Assembly: GCA_964016885.1 (NCBI GenBank)
Contig: OZ024742.1
Location: forward strand, 175,460,001 to 175,524,000
Origin: Eledone cirrhosa
Lineage: Eukaryota
DNA: 64,000 nucleotides
Direction: 5' to 3'
In this document: in pieces, positions 28,581-42,289 of the stretch
How the letters are laid out: each line of letters starts with the position of its first letter
Position numbering within the stretch: position 1 is the stretch's first letter
Made by a program: the position numbers and the translations under genes
The notes under the pieces: generated by a model
What the model saw: the letters and a program-made list of their open reading frames with translations, nothing else
The model's database searches: none
Told to the model about the DNA's origin: nothing

Positions 28581-30223
28581 GGCGACCTACGTAGTAAATC
28601 GTATCATCGTGAGCACCGCAAAGTTTGTTATTTCCGTTTGTTAAAAATTGCCATTTATGGAAAATTTTTATTGTTAACTATATATAAGCGCACATACATT
28701 GTTTTCTGAAAAGGACACCCAAAAAGATTGGGGCCTTGTGCCCAATATTTAAACTTTTATGATTATCAAAAAATTTATTTGAAAAAAAAATGGCTAATTC
28801 ACCTCTGCACCAAGCAGCTGAAAGCCTTGCTCACAAATTAACACCTCACACCAACACCACCATTGTAAATGTTACTACGTTTGCCAACACTAAAAAAATA
28901 TAAGCAGTAGCAATATTTGAAATTTGTCTCAGGCAGACATTCATTTCCCGCCATTACCAATGACTGCAGGTGTTAAAGCCGCCACCACCACTACCACCAC
29001 CGCGACAACAGAATCAAAATGAAAAAATAAATCAACTCGTGCTGTCGAAATAATTTCAACCAAAATGGACTCTTCCACACCGAACACCACTGACTAAACC
29101 ACACCTGAAACTAAAATTAATAATAACAAAAATAACGATAGCAACAACAACAACAATGACATTAAAAAAACCACCCTGAGTTTTGCCAGAGTAGCAAAAC
29201 AGTGCGAAGCATTTACTGTAACTCAGGAGGAATTAGAAAATGCCAAAAAAATGGTAAAGAAAGATGGGTACAGAGTCATCCCCCCCCCACCCACACACCT
29301 AATAAAATGGAGCATCGGCGCCTATGCACCGTGTCGTATAGAACAATTAATGTAAAATCGCGCCGAGTGGAAGGGGCATCCGAGTCCCAAATCCAAAAAG
29401 CTTTGGGACATGTGTGGATAAGAAAAACCCACATCAGACGTGGGCAGAAATATGGAACCGTGGACGTGTTCTTTGAAATACCAGAGGAGGCTAGAGAAAA
29501 CTCCATGGCCCCATTAAGAAGTGAGGTGCTGTTTCGCCATGGAGGTGCCGTCAGCCGGGCATGTCCAAGAGGCGCGCAGGGCGACGAAGCCGTCCTGCAT
29601 GCACTCGTCCAGTGTCCGAGCATTGCTGACTTGTGGGTTTATGTCGAACACCTGCTGTCACGTGTAGGATGGATCCGGCTATCAGCTGAGTCCATCGTGA
29701 GAATTGCCCCGCCCTCTCCTTTAGCCCGGAAGGGCAGGCAGTTTTTATCTGTCTGGTGGCCATGGCGAAAGAGATAGTATGGTGGACACGTTTGAAAGGG
29801 CTGAAGACGAGCACTTACCTCTTCGGTGATGCCCTGATTAACTTTTTCAAATTTCATTTGAAAAGGAAAATCAGGGTAGAGAGGGAAGTGCTCTCTTCCC
29901 AGCATTTTGTTGAAAGATGGGTGAGAGAAGCAAGTGTGGCCCGAGTGAATGGGCCTACTCTGGGTATGTGTCTGTAAATTAAAGGTGGAAAACTGGGAGA
30001 GGGCACTTGCCCTGGTGGTCAGGGTCACTGTGGTCTTTTAATGGGCTTTCTCCACAAATGTCCCTCGGAAGTCTCCCCCCTATTGGGGAATTTTTCTTTG
30101 TTATTTTATTACATCGTCTGTTTTTTTTACATGCACAAATGCCCATTTGTACCGTCCTGTATTGTCCTGTACTGTCCTTAATGTCTACTTTATGTAAACC
30201 CTTGTGGTTAATAAAGAAAACAT
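28581..30223 (+). mobile_element. Internally deleted Tx1/L1-clade LINE (ORF1-like N-part joined to ORF2 C-terminal zinc knuckle)
   Basis: CPRGAQGDEAVLHALVQC (degenerate CCHC), KEIVWWTR...FVERW C-terminus, and AATAAA at ~30210. (ATT)n lies on both sides. No endonuclease or RT domain is present. Confidence 0.75.
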
Positions 30224-30798
30224 TATTATTATTATTATTATTATTATGTAAATTTAAGAATCATAGAGGCAATTCTAATTAATAAATTAAGAATTGCCTC
30301 TAATTGAATTTCTATTAACAACATACAAGATTTGTATGAAGCTGATTTGCAGATTATAACTACACAAGTTTGAAAATATCACCAGCTGCCTCCAACCCCA
30401 TATATCTTTATAAAGAAGCCCACTCCACCACTGCCATCACACACTATTTTCTTTAATATCCTAGAATATCAGGTAAATGTGTAAACTGAAGTTTTCTTAG
30501 TGTTACCTTATTCCTGTTTTCAATCCTTTATATCTAACATGCATTGTACTGATTTTCCTATATCAATTATAACGACATTTCTAAAAATACTTCATACAAA
30601 CTATTCAAACTAACCCCAAACAATTTATTGTACAGATGGAATAAGTAATAACTGTTTTCTTCACAAAACTTTAATGAAGCTATGATTGTGAATCATATAT
30701 ATATATATATAAATTAAAAAGAAAAAACAAAAACAATAACGAAGAGTGCAGTACAAACAGTGTTAGTATTAGGTTTATGCTTGAGAGTGGGGGTGGGT

Positions 30799-30854
<56 letters not shown>

Positions 30855-31900
30855 GAGTCAGGACCTGACTCTTTTCCTATTATCCACTCTACTAGCCTAA
30901 GTATCAAGTACTCTGGTGCATTATGGTCCACCTGGTTCCTTACCACACTTTCTTTGTTATGTGTGTGTGTGTGTATATAACGTGCAGCTAGTGAAAATCA
31001 GTTACTCCTGTGAACCTTCCATGAAGGTAAAGATAACAAGCAAGAAAGAACCTGAAGTAAGCCCAGAATGCTCATGCAGGGTAAAGGAGGAATGTCCTCT
31101 GCCACAAAAATGCAGTATCAGGTCAATTATGCACAACATCACCATTACACCAGTTACAAACAAAACCAGACAGTGAGGAATGAACGATATGTGGGTATAA
31201 TACAAGACCATTTTAAACAATAGACGCTATTCACATGTTGCATCATTCAGACACCCAGAAATGAAGATGACCATGGTACTGTCAAACTAAAGGATAAAGG
31301 GATACCATACAGGATTAAATGGAATATCCTAGATAGGTCAGGTTCTTATATTAATGGAACTAAGAGGGGGTCACTTTGTCTACATAAAAGGTTTGGGATA
31401 CTTTTGGGTTTGAAATCCTCAAAATAAAATATTTAGAGTAAGTCCACATATAGGATCATAGCTCCAATCATCATGGAAGTTTATAAGCCCAGAAACACAA
31501 AACAATACTTATTTATATCTGCCTTAATCCACTAAATTGGTATCAGGTGCATACACATACCACACTGCCCCTTAATATAGTTTAAATGCAATAAGCTATG
31601 TAAATAATACAAACACACGGTCAAAAATACACAACACATCCATACTTAATGAAAAACACAATTTCACTTCAATCATTGATATAAGTATACACACATACAT
31701 TCTAACAATTATAATTACATTCAAAATTATATAAAACAGATACATGAATAACGAAAAGTCCAACTTTATTATTACCTCCCTTGGACCTGACAAGATCTCA
31801 TATAAAGTAATGTTGGCCATCATATTTATTGTCAAAATGACAAGCGATAACTAGCATGGATAGTGTCTCCAGGACCTATGAAACTTTAGGTAGCAATCAC
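30855..31900 (+). mobile_element. Degenerate Penelope-like 3' fragment (GIY-YIG region and terminal repeat)
   Basis: KISYSCEP, CSCRVKEECPLPQKC, YVG...SFRHPE and IPYRIKWNILDR...NGTKR remnants. Confidence 0.75.
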
Positions 31901-32181
31901 TTGTGTTGAGAAATTACATACACACATATATATATATATATAGATGTATATGACATGAGTATCCCAGCTTTCAGGATAGGAATATTGTATACCTATGTGT
32001 TGTAAGAGACAATAAACGTGTTGGTGTCAAAACAACCTGTCCAATCCATGACTATATGGAATAGTGAAGGTTAAAATGATGAGAATGAAGATGCTGATGA
32101 TATACATACACATATATAGACATACATACTATATACACATACACATATATATGGACATAAATGCTAAACAGTTATAATAAT

Positions 32182-32320
32182 TGTTTCTACTTTAGGCACA
32201 AGGCCAGAAATTACCCAGTGCATTACTGGTACTTTATTATATCGACCCCGTAAGGATGAAAGGCAAAGTCAACCTCGGCGGGATTTGAACTCAGATCGTA
32301 ACGTGACGTAACTATGCTGG
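32182..32320 (-). mobile_element. 5'-truncated SINE A with 15-bp TSD
   Basis: aacagttataataat at 32167-32181 and 32321-32335. Confidence 0.88.
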
Positions 32321-32340
32321 AACAGTTATAATAATGTATT

Positions 32341-32540
32341 AGGGACAGTGGATTGGCAGTATCGGACACCTTGCTTTGCAAGATAGAGTTACGGCCCTTT
32401 GTGTTCTGAGTTCAAATACAGCTGAGGATAGCTTTGCCTTCCATCCTTACAGGGTTGATGATAAAATAAAGCACTGGGGTCGATTTAATCGACTTTCCTA
32501 TCCCCTTCAAATTGCTGGCCATGTGCCTAAAGTATAAACC
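32341..32540 (+). mobile_element. Older SINE A-related copy
   Basis: gtggattggcagtatcgg...gagttcaaat...tttgccttccatccttacagggttgat...gtgcctaaagta. Confidence 0.8.
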
Positions 32541-35500
32541 TTTATTTCTATTATCTGTAGAAACAAAATTATGGATGAGGGGGACTCTTCAATTGTGTCA
32601 ACAGCATGGCAGCCTCTCTAGAGTTGGTGCCATGATAAAACACATGCATACAATGTAAAATAGCTGATAGAAAACTGCCAAACAAAGAGTTGAAAGAAAT
32701 ATTTAGTTGTACAAAGGACATGACAGCCTCTTTAGTGTTAGTACCACAATAAAATGTGACCAGTAGGCTCTGTAGAGTGCAGAACCATATGTGAGCTAGA
32801 TGCAGGCTCCAACTATTCTGACAGGTGAAAAGCTCCAATTAATTACTGCCTTAGTGTGAAGTAACCCATCCAAGCCTTGCTAGGAAGAAAAATAGATGCT
32901 AAATGCTGCTGCTGTTGATGTTTTTTCAACATTCTAATTATCCTAATGAACTGTTATAGTAATGAAATTTTGAAACTATAAGATTTATTAATGTCCATAA
33001 AATTATATTAACCCCTTACCACCACCACCTTTATTACATAAGATATGGTTAATGAAAATCATGTGAGTTTTGTCTTATCTCCAAGAACGCACCTGCTTCA
33101 CTGACTTTTACCTATCAGTTACATAGCATTACCAAGTCATTAGACACATTTTATCATGTTCTTACAGACTATCTAATTAGAAACTGTTAATAATACTTTC
33201 CTTCTCCTTACCACTCCTCACACCACCATAGTCAACAGCATTATTATCACTAAACCCCTCATCATCACCACCAACACAATCAGCATCAATACCAAAGTCA
33301 TCATTACCATCATCGTCAACACTACCAAAATCACCATCACTACCAAAGTCATCACCATCGAATCTGACATAGCCACACTTTCACAATGTGTATAGTATAT
33401 CAGGTAGGGCTTGATAAGTGGTTTTATCATGATATCTTTACAATATGTTGTCAGCAGTTCTTTGAAAAGCAGTATTAGATTACTGAGGACATTGTATTCT
33501 TTATCAAATGAAAAGAATGTTGCTCTCTGTCATAGTTCATAGTTGGAATAATGGCTATGATGAATATCTTTGTTCTTATGAAGAAAAGAAAAGATCATGC
33601 AAGAAATAATACTTGAAATATATCTCCGCTCTCTCACATGAATGATTATCTATTCACAAGTTTGTTCTGAAAAATTTTCACTGATTTATCTGAATAATGT
33701 ACCATTTCTTAATGAAAGATGTTTGTGTCTTCATAAAAACTAATCATATTGTAAGCATAATTATTTAAGCTGATTAGCAATTATACATTGTGTAATGAGG
33801 TGAAGTTCAAATCAATCAAAGAACTTGTTTATTATTCTGCCATAAATGACAAAATAGTTCCATATGTTAGCATATTAATCAATATGAGCAGACATTTATG
33901 ACGGCCAAAGGAATTAGTGACACACCATATAAGTTAATGAGTTTTTGCTAATTAAAGCTATTTTATTACTTCTTTCTTTACAGTTTACTATCTAGACTTA
34001 ATTTTCATAAATCTCACTAATTTAAACAAATTTATTTCAACATTACAATATTTGTGCTAGTCTGCACAGATAAAGCAGCAAGAGGAATTTTCAAAATGAA
34101 ATTACATTTTAGTTGAAAAAGCACAGTTGTTGAGCAAGAAGTGTATTTTTTTAAATAATAAATTTTACTGTAGAAGCCATCATAAATTGGTCAAGCCAGG
34201 CTGGTGGAGTGAACAGCCACTTAACTAACTAACATTAGTAGTAGACACATGTATGATAGGATCTCAGGCCTCTAATAGCAGAAACAGCAGGTATCAAATC
34301 ATAATACAGGACAACATATTCAAATATGTGTATTTAATTGAAAGCGTAATTAATTTAGATTGTAATTTATTCTATCTCACCATAGAGAGACCTTATTTTA
34401 GAAGTACCTATTCCTTTATTATAGTGATGTATTGTATGATTTTAGAGACTGGAGGCCTGTATCTTTAAAATGCCTGCTATCAATATTAAGGAATTGAGAG
34501 GCTGTTAGCAGCTGTTCACACATCGTTTCTGCCTTCAGCCCAGCACAATTTATTATTTGTTGAACAAAAGACATTCCAGCATCAAGTCCCGTATTGCTTA
34601 TGTTCATCAGTCTTAACTGTCCCTTAAATGGTAAATCAACCAAAAGGATAGACAGAGAATAAGGTGTAATTTCCACCTGAAGTTAGAAATACACTTACAG
34701 AAAGGGAACACAAGTCCAAGAATGGTAAAATAACCCCATGAATGTATTAACTTTTATAATAAATTGAGGATGACATCCTAATACTATGTGTAGGAATGTG
34801 GCTCAGTGGTTAGTATATTTGGCTCATGATCATATGGTTGTGTTCAATTCTTGGACAAAATTGTAAGTCATGTCCTTAAGTATGACATTTTATTTTACAT
34901 TGTTCCTGTCAACGCAGCTGAATGAAATGAGCTGCAACAGCATTGGTGCCAATGTTGGTCAATATCTTTACTTTCAAACTATCTACTACCCAACAACAGG
35001 TCACTGTACATTCATTTAGCAGTAGCCTTTAATGGAGGAGGAAAGACCTAATCTGTATTATATATGATTTGATATAAATCACTGTTGTATATATTGGTAG
35101 CTAAGTCATACCACAGTTGTACATGCAACATTTACAATACACCATATCTATTGAATTGTGGTTTAGTAGGGTAGGTTCAGTAGAAAAGTTGCAATTTTTA
35201 CATGACTACAATCAAATACACTCAATACAGTCTGTAAAGTGGTAGTGCTGGTTCTACAATAAAATGTACTCCATACACTTTACAAGTGGTACTACTGGTG
35301 CTATGATAAAAGTTACTTAGTATACTATAAAGTGGTTTATATTAGGAAAGGTATTCGGCCAGTAAAAATCATGCCAAAATATGAGCATTTGAGCAAGATA
35401 TGGCTCTTTGACCCATCTAGTCTCAGACAAGGAGAGCCTATCAAGGCCATACCAGGATGGAAGCAAACAAAAAATGATGAAAATTATTTAAGAAAGAACA

Positions 35501-36995
35501 AATGAAAGATTTTAAAGAGATTCAAGTGCTTTTGAAATAGATTTGCAACCGAGACAGAGATATCCTTAAAATTGAAACTCATTACAAAAAAATAAAAAAA
35601 TGATAATTACTTTATTAGATAACTTCCATGATGTATTGAACTAATTAGTCAATAGTTTCATGTTACCTACTTACAAAACTTTAAATAATTATTAAGGTTA
35701 ATTCTATCAGAAAACACTCTCACATTCAAACATTTCCAATATGGAAATAGTTCTGGAAACTGTATTTTGTATTCAGTAAATTCCCTTGCTTTAAAAACCA
35801 CAAATTGGTATATATGACTTAATTGCTGTGTTGGCAACAATTAAATTACAATCTATTCTGAAAGCAATTCTACATTTCGGCATGTAATGAAAAACTGTGT
35901 ACACTGATGAATAAACTTTAAAGGAACTGTCTGCACCTTGTGCTTCTTAATTGTAGCCAAGTCCTCAAGGAAAACAAGAAACATTCAGTAATAGGTTAGC
36001 AGGACTATTTTAGACTGTTAAACAGAACTAACTTTTGATTAAATATTATGTCTAAAATACACTGCAGGGATTGCTATCTCATTCATAAGAAACAAATCAA
36101 GGGCAGTAGGTTATTAATAGTAATTAGAAACTACAGACTATTTCTTTGCAGACTACTACTGAAATACAGAGATACTGGATAGATAAAAACACCAAATACA
36201 TCTCCTAATATAGAAAACACAGTAAAATACTACTCAGCATAAATAATTATATGATGTCATTTAGTAAGAAGCAATTAAATGTGATAAAGTAGGGTTTACT
36301 ATTACCATTAGACAATCATGTGATGTTATGTTTCTTTTCTGTTATCGAATGTGATGGCTCACATACATACACACATACATAGACGTTGTAAGGGGTTGTA
36401 TAGAAATAGAGGTGCTACCAAATATGACCGTTGCCTTTATATTTCAATTTGTGGTATGGCCATGAGAGAAACTACTTACCTTCTGGTACAAAGATATGGT
36501 GGTACATGTGTGGAGGTGGATAGAGCCAGGAAGTAGTGGGGGCAAAATAAATGTTGGGAAACATTCAACATTGTGGCACCACAACTGCAGCACTGGATGC
36601 CACACAAACATAGATGCACATGCAAGAGGTACAAGCACACATACGCCCTACAGCATGAGCCCTGGGATGTGTGTGTCAGTGATGTGTGCAGGCTTGTACA
36701 CATATGCATGTATGCATCAGACAGTGTAGGATTTTGAGGGTTATGTGTGTGCAGAGGTATATGTGTGTTGGGTAGTATGCATGGGTGTTGTAAATGTGGG
36801 TGTGTATTGTTTGGTTGCTGGAGATGTATATGCATCTGTGAGAGGGAAAAAGTAAAAGATTATAAACACTGGGAGGGCGTTTGGTCGATTTAGAAAGATG
36901 TTTAGATCAAGTGATGCCTATCTGTGAAGCAGTTTTATGGGAAAAAAGGCCTTGCACTATATGTATGTATATAAATATATATATATATATATATA

Positions 36996-37075
36996 TAGGG
37001 CGTCTCAAACAAATGTATACATACTTTGATTAGGATGCTGTTGACGTGTGTATATATATTTTGGGGACACCCTTT
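36996..37075. mobile_element. Tiny Tc1/mariner-type MITE
   Basis: Imperfect TIRs agggcgtctcaaa...tgtataca / tgtatata...ttggggacaccct in a TA context. Confidence 0.55.
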
Positions 37076-37966
37076 ATATATAATGAATGGAATCAGCATA
37101 GGATAGATAGGACACTATCGGTCTTGTTGAGGACATGACAACCATTCTGGTGTGCACCATTATATAATTCACACAGTACACTCTGTAAAGTGGTTGACAT
37201 TAGGAAGGGCATCTGAACATAGAAACCATGTCAAAAATGGAAACTCTGACTGAGTTGTGTTCCTCTCAGGTGTCTAGTCTCAGACAATAATAACATATCG
37301 AGCCTATGATAGTGCAGAAAACAGATGTAAAACTATTAGCAAGATAAATAAACCAAATATATCCTCAAAACAACATATTTTGGTCAAAGAGGTATATTAT
37401 GTTATTTAATAAAAAGCAATTAAATGTGATGAAGTAGGGTTTATTATTATCATCATTAAACAGATAGACTGGGGAGGCTTTTAATTCCTTCATTTAAACA
37501 ATAAGTAATGCTTCATGCGAAATTACCAGCTCTTAACTTGTCACTTAATAATCTGAAAAAATAGTGTTACCTGCAATCATCTAACTATGTCTTCCAATAT
37601 ATCAAGTGTGAGTTTATTTCAGTTTCCATTATACTTTATATGGCATATATGGCTGCTCTGTTCAAATCATTGACATATGGCTCATGTTTACTCCACACTA
37701 ATGCAATCTGGAAACTTTAGCAAACACTAGTTAAATTTACTTTATCTAATACAGTGGTAGGATATATCAGTTGTATATTAGTAGTTTATATCAGTAAATT
37801 AACACAGAGGTATGACAAAAAATAGGTGTTCTCTGTGAGATTTAGCATACATTAATAAAGATTAACTGGGTGGTACACTTCATCTGTCACCCTGAAAAAT
37901 TTGGACTCAGGAATAATAAATGTGAATAATGAATAATGAATTGTCAGATTGGACCATGGAAACAAC

Positions 37967-39418
37967 AATGGTTTGGTTTGCTTTTGATCAATTTTTATTT
38001 TTGTTCTCAGGTAATCAATAAACCTCTATTTGTCTCTGAGCCAGCAGGAAGATCTTCAAAAGGGATAATTTCCATGTCAGTTTGGAGGAGGGTCATTGTT
38101 ATGCCTCCTCATTCAAAGCAAAGATTTTGGTATCCTCTTGAGATGTTGTTAGTAGTATAACATATATTACTGCCCCATGTCAACCACACTTACTTTTTCC
38201 CTTCACAATAAGAACCTGCTATCACAGAATCTAAAGGTGTCAATCATCAGATTGGACCAAAGAAACAATGTTTTTATTGTTTCTTCCCTTCCAGATACCG
38301 GCTGCCAGTCACAACACGTGCCAGAAGGAACAACACGTTCAAACATATTATGTACTACCTGGTCCAGGAATGGAACTCACAAATTTATGATGAGTCCAAT
38401 ACTCAATCTACTATGCCAAGATCCTATATTATCTAGTAATTTACCAAATCAGCCAGCCAATGCTATTAGTTTTTATAAGATAATTAATCATAATCAATTA
38501 TAGAAATGATATTTGAGTATCATGAGAGCAGCGATTTGGCAGTGATTAAAGAATCCGATTAAAATACATCAATATGTTTCTCGCTCTCTGTACTTTGAAT
38601 TCAAATCCTGCTGAGGTGAACTTTACCTTTCATCATTTTGCAGTTGATAAACAAATTCCAAGGGGAGTGAATCAGTGGAATCGTTGAAGTGACAAATAGG
38701 GTGCTTTGTGGTTTTAGTTTCATCTGGGTTCTGTGTGCAAACCTTGCTTCCCTCCTACTGGAAAAGTGGTGATGCTCTTGTTGGGAGTCATGACCACCAG
38801 TTAGAACCAGAAAGACCAATAGAAATATAGTTTCCTTGTTCTGATCTGATGATCAAATACTTTTACTTCCTTTTATGTGAATGTATCAGTGATGATTTGT
38901 GTTAATGAGCCAGTTCATTAAATTAAACTATCTGTTAAACTAATATATAACAAGACCTTTCTAAAATACATTACATTATAATTCTAGAATATAGTTAATT
39001 ACTGGGATTGCATATAAAAAAAATGATGATAGATTGAGCTGTTGCAACTGAAAGTTGATTCGTTTTTGCTTCTTTATAGATATTTATATTGTACATTTTA
39101 CATGAAACATTTTTTTTTCTTTTGTTAAAAATACAGAAAGAAACACATACACATAGACAAATAAAATTAATCTCAATAAAAAAAAATTGTTTTTGTGAAG
39201 GGAAAAATTAAGTGTGGTTGACACAGGGCAACATCTCAAGAGGATACCAAAATTCAGCTTTGAATGAAGAGGCATGACAATGACCGTCCTCCAAACTGAC
39301 ATGAAAATTCTTCCTTTTGAGGATGTCCCTCCTGGCTCAGAAGAACTGTGGAGAGAAATGGACATTTATTGATTACCTGAGAACAAGAAAGGTTTGATCA
39401 AAAGTAAACCAAACCATT
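37967..39418. repeat. Diverged inverted repeat pair (37967-38211 / ~39190-39418)
   Basis: Shared gttctcaggtaatcaataaa...catgtcagtttggagga.ggtcattgt.atgcctc.tcattcaaagc...tggtatcctcttgagatgttg...tgtcaaccacactta in opposite orientations. Confidence 0.8.
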
Positions 39419-42230
39419 TAGTAGCATTATTTTGTCTGTGCTCTTCTACCTAACCCATGCAGCCCCAAATGACTTTGCAGACTTCAAGGAAAATGCGAAG
39501 AGTTGTGTAGAAAGGTAAAAAACTATTAAATGACCAACATGCTTTCTTTGAACAAAGGACAAGAAGAAGTAATATAAGTAAGGGTTGTACAGCATTATGT
39601 TGCTTGTAGTGATGTATGAAATGTACATATGCCTGATTAACATGTCAGTAGCATATATGATAAGAAGATAAGCAGAGACATCTGTGTAGAAAGAACTGCC
39701 GGAGGCAAATAGATTTATAGCCAGAAGGCAACCTTGCTGAATAAGACATGATATAAAAATAAATTTTATTTCATACGCAGAAAGCAATTTGATTTTTCTG
39801 TATATTTTATCAGACATATTTTGTGAATTGATGAACCCCTGAATCCCTCCGTGTATTGATGGTGTTTCAGCATAGGAGGTAAATTGAAAAATACCCAGGC
39901 TAGTTCACCATCCCTTAAAGGAGTTTTCTCTATCTTCAATGTCAAAGGGGAGTAATGCCAAGCAAAATAGAAACAGATATCTATTTTTGAGGTTTGTTAA
40001 TTAGAAATCTTTCAAATACATTTTCCTTATCAAAAATGTAAGTAAGAGCTGTAGATGAGGAATTTGTTAGTATAGAGAAGATAATGATTGAAAATGTAAC
40101 AGAATAGAAACTGGGAAAAGAACTATTTCTGTCAAAAAAGCATTCATTCCTTTTGCTAGACATAAACAAGGAGGAGCCCAGTTGGAATATTATATGTTTA
40201 TAGTCATCACTGCTTTATTCTGCTTTTTCGTCTACATCCTCCCTCAACAACATAGCTATACAACTAGAGTCCTCATCACCATTTATTTTCTATTCCTAGA
40301 TGCCCTACCTATCACTAACATTAGAGAGAGTGTATGTCCTTCAACATTAGATTATAATTATTTCTGTGGATTTAATGACATGTCTGAACGACTAGTGTAT
40401 ATTTTATATAAAGTTTGATATTTAGCGGCTAGATGACGTATTGAAACATTTGCATCAGTAAAACTGAAAGATAATTGCATAGAAATGGTGAATCCAAAGA
40501 TGAGTCTACTGCATTGAAAGAAAGAAACATTTATCTAGAAAGCATTCATAGAATCTAATCAATTTGTAACAATATAACAAAGCTGATTAGTAAGCAAACA
40601 TATGATTAAGATAATACCCACTGAGAAACAAGAAATGTTGTTGAATATTAGTGCTGGTACCACAATAAAAAGCACCTAGTACGGCCTATACTGGGTACCA
40701 CAATAACATGTTCCAAGTCAACTCTATATGATGGTTGTGCTGGTGCCATCTCAAAAACATCCAGCCCATCCTCTAAGGAGATCATACTTGTGTCACAATA
40801 AAAACCACCTAGTACACCCTGTATGTTGGTAGTGCCTCAAAAAGCACCCAGCCCATCCTGCTAGGTGATAGGGGTGGTGCCACAATAAAATACTCCCAGT
40901 ACAAAGTAGGAAGGGCACCCGGTTATATAATTCAAACTATAAGTGGAATGCAAGAGCAAAATAACGTCACCAGATCTGTCTAACCTCAGAATATTACAAT
41001 GCAGTCTATCTCATGCAAGTATGGAAAATAGATGTAAAACAAAGATGATGTTGATAATGAGAATATCACATGTTTGAGATACTTCTCTCAGAATGTTAAT
41101 TATTATGATGCCAATCTACATAAAACTACCTTTAGTTCAATAATGCACAACTGACAATTTTAAAATGTTCTTATTTAGATTAAAACCTAATTTATTGTAA
41201 GAACCTTCAGTGAAGTTATGTTACAAAACACAGCCTAGAAATGTTTTTTAAATAGTTATTTTACTTTGTTTTGTGTTAGTTTTGTGAGATGGTGACTTGA
41301 AACAAATATTGGTCTACTTTGAGAGGATCATACTCCCACTATGTCACATGCATCAGTTGAGTTTCAGTTTGGTTTTATTATTAGTCCAGTAACTAATCAA
41401 TTCATTGGTTATTTTACAAAATTTTTCCAAATTCCTGTCATTAAGAGGAGCCTAGACAAGGATGGTTACCCACGACATGGAGTTTGTTGGTTTTAACTGC
41501 AGTGATGCTAAATATCCATTCTTTGTTCATGGTAAATGTATATATGTGTGTGTGTGCATACATATAGATAGCATCGGAACACATTCCAGAAAAAGATGAT
41601 TTCCATCTCATCCAGTCATGGAAAAATGCACATAAAAGTGATCATGATTTTGATGATGATGATGGCAATATATGTGAGTGTATATAACAGAGCTACTGAT
41701 ATTGATATTTAACATTATTAAGATGGAATTACTAAATGAAGTTATAATTAAAATAGCTTGACACCTAAGACCTATTTTCCATTAATCAGTTGCATATCTA
41801 TCTTATCTCACCTTCCATATTTGATATATTGTACTATGGCTGATTCATAATTAAGAATTGAGAAGAGTTCATTTTGAATAAACAGCTTTATTAAAGTTGA
41901 CCACAGTTAGGTCGATGTGGGATAAGTTATTATTTGTTTCTTATAAATGAAGATGATAAAATGCAGACAATATAGACACAAGCGTGGCAACCACATAGAT
42001 TTGGGTTGAATCCCACTATGCAGCGTCTTTGACAAGAGTTTTCTACAATATTCTAAGTTTGACCAATGCATTCAGAAGTGCAACCAAGCACTCGATAAAG
42101 TATAAAACCTTAGAGTATTAACATACAGTTTAAAGGGCTTTGCAAATTGAAGATAGCGACCAGTAATTCAGCCGTGGGGGCCGTAGCAACGAAAGTACTG
42201 ACTCGCGAGAAAAAATACATACATATACAC

Positions 42231-42289
<59 letters not shown>

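Noticed and set aside
30264-30302. 13-bp stem hairpin tagaggcaattct/agaattgcctcta resembling a terminator
   Set aside because: Isolated short palindrome in eukaryotic DNA with no U-tract or associated gene.
39446-40418. Hydrophobic ORFs suggesting a membrane protein (also 34419-34676)
   Set aside because: No recognisable motifs or splice structure; composition is explained by AT richness.
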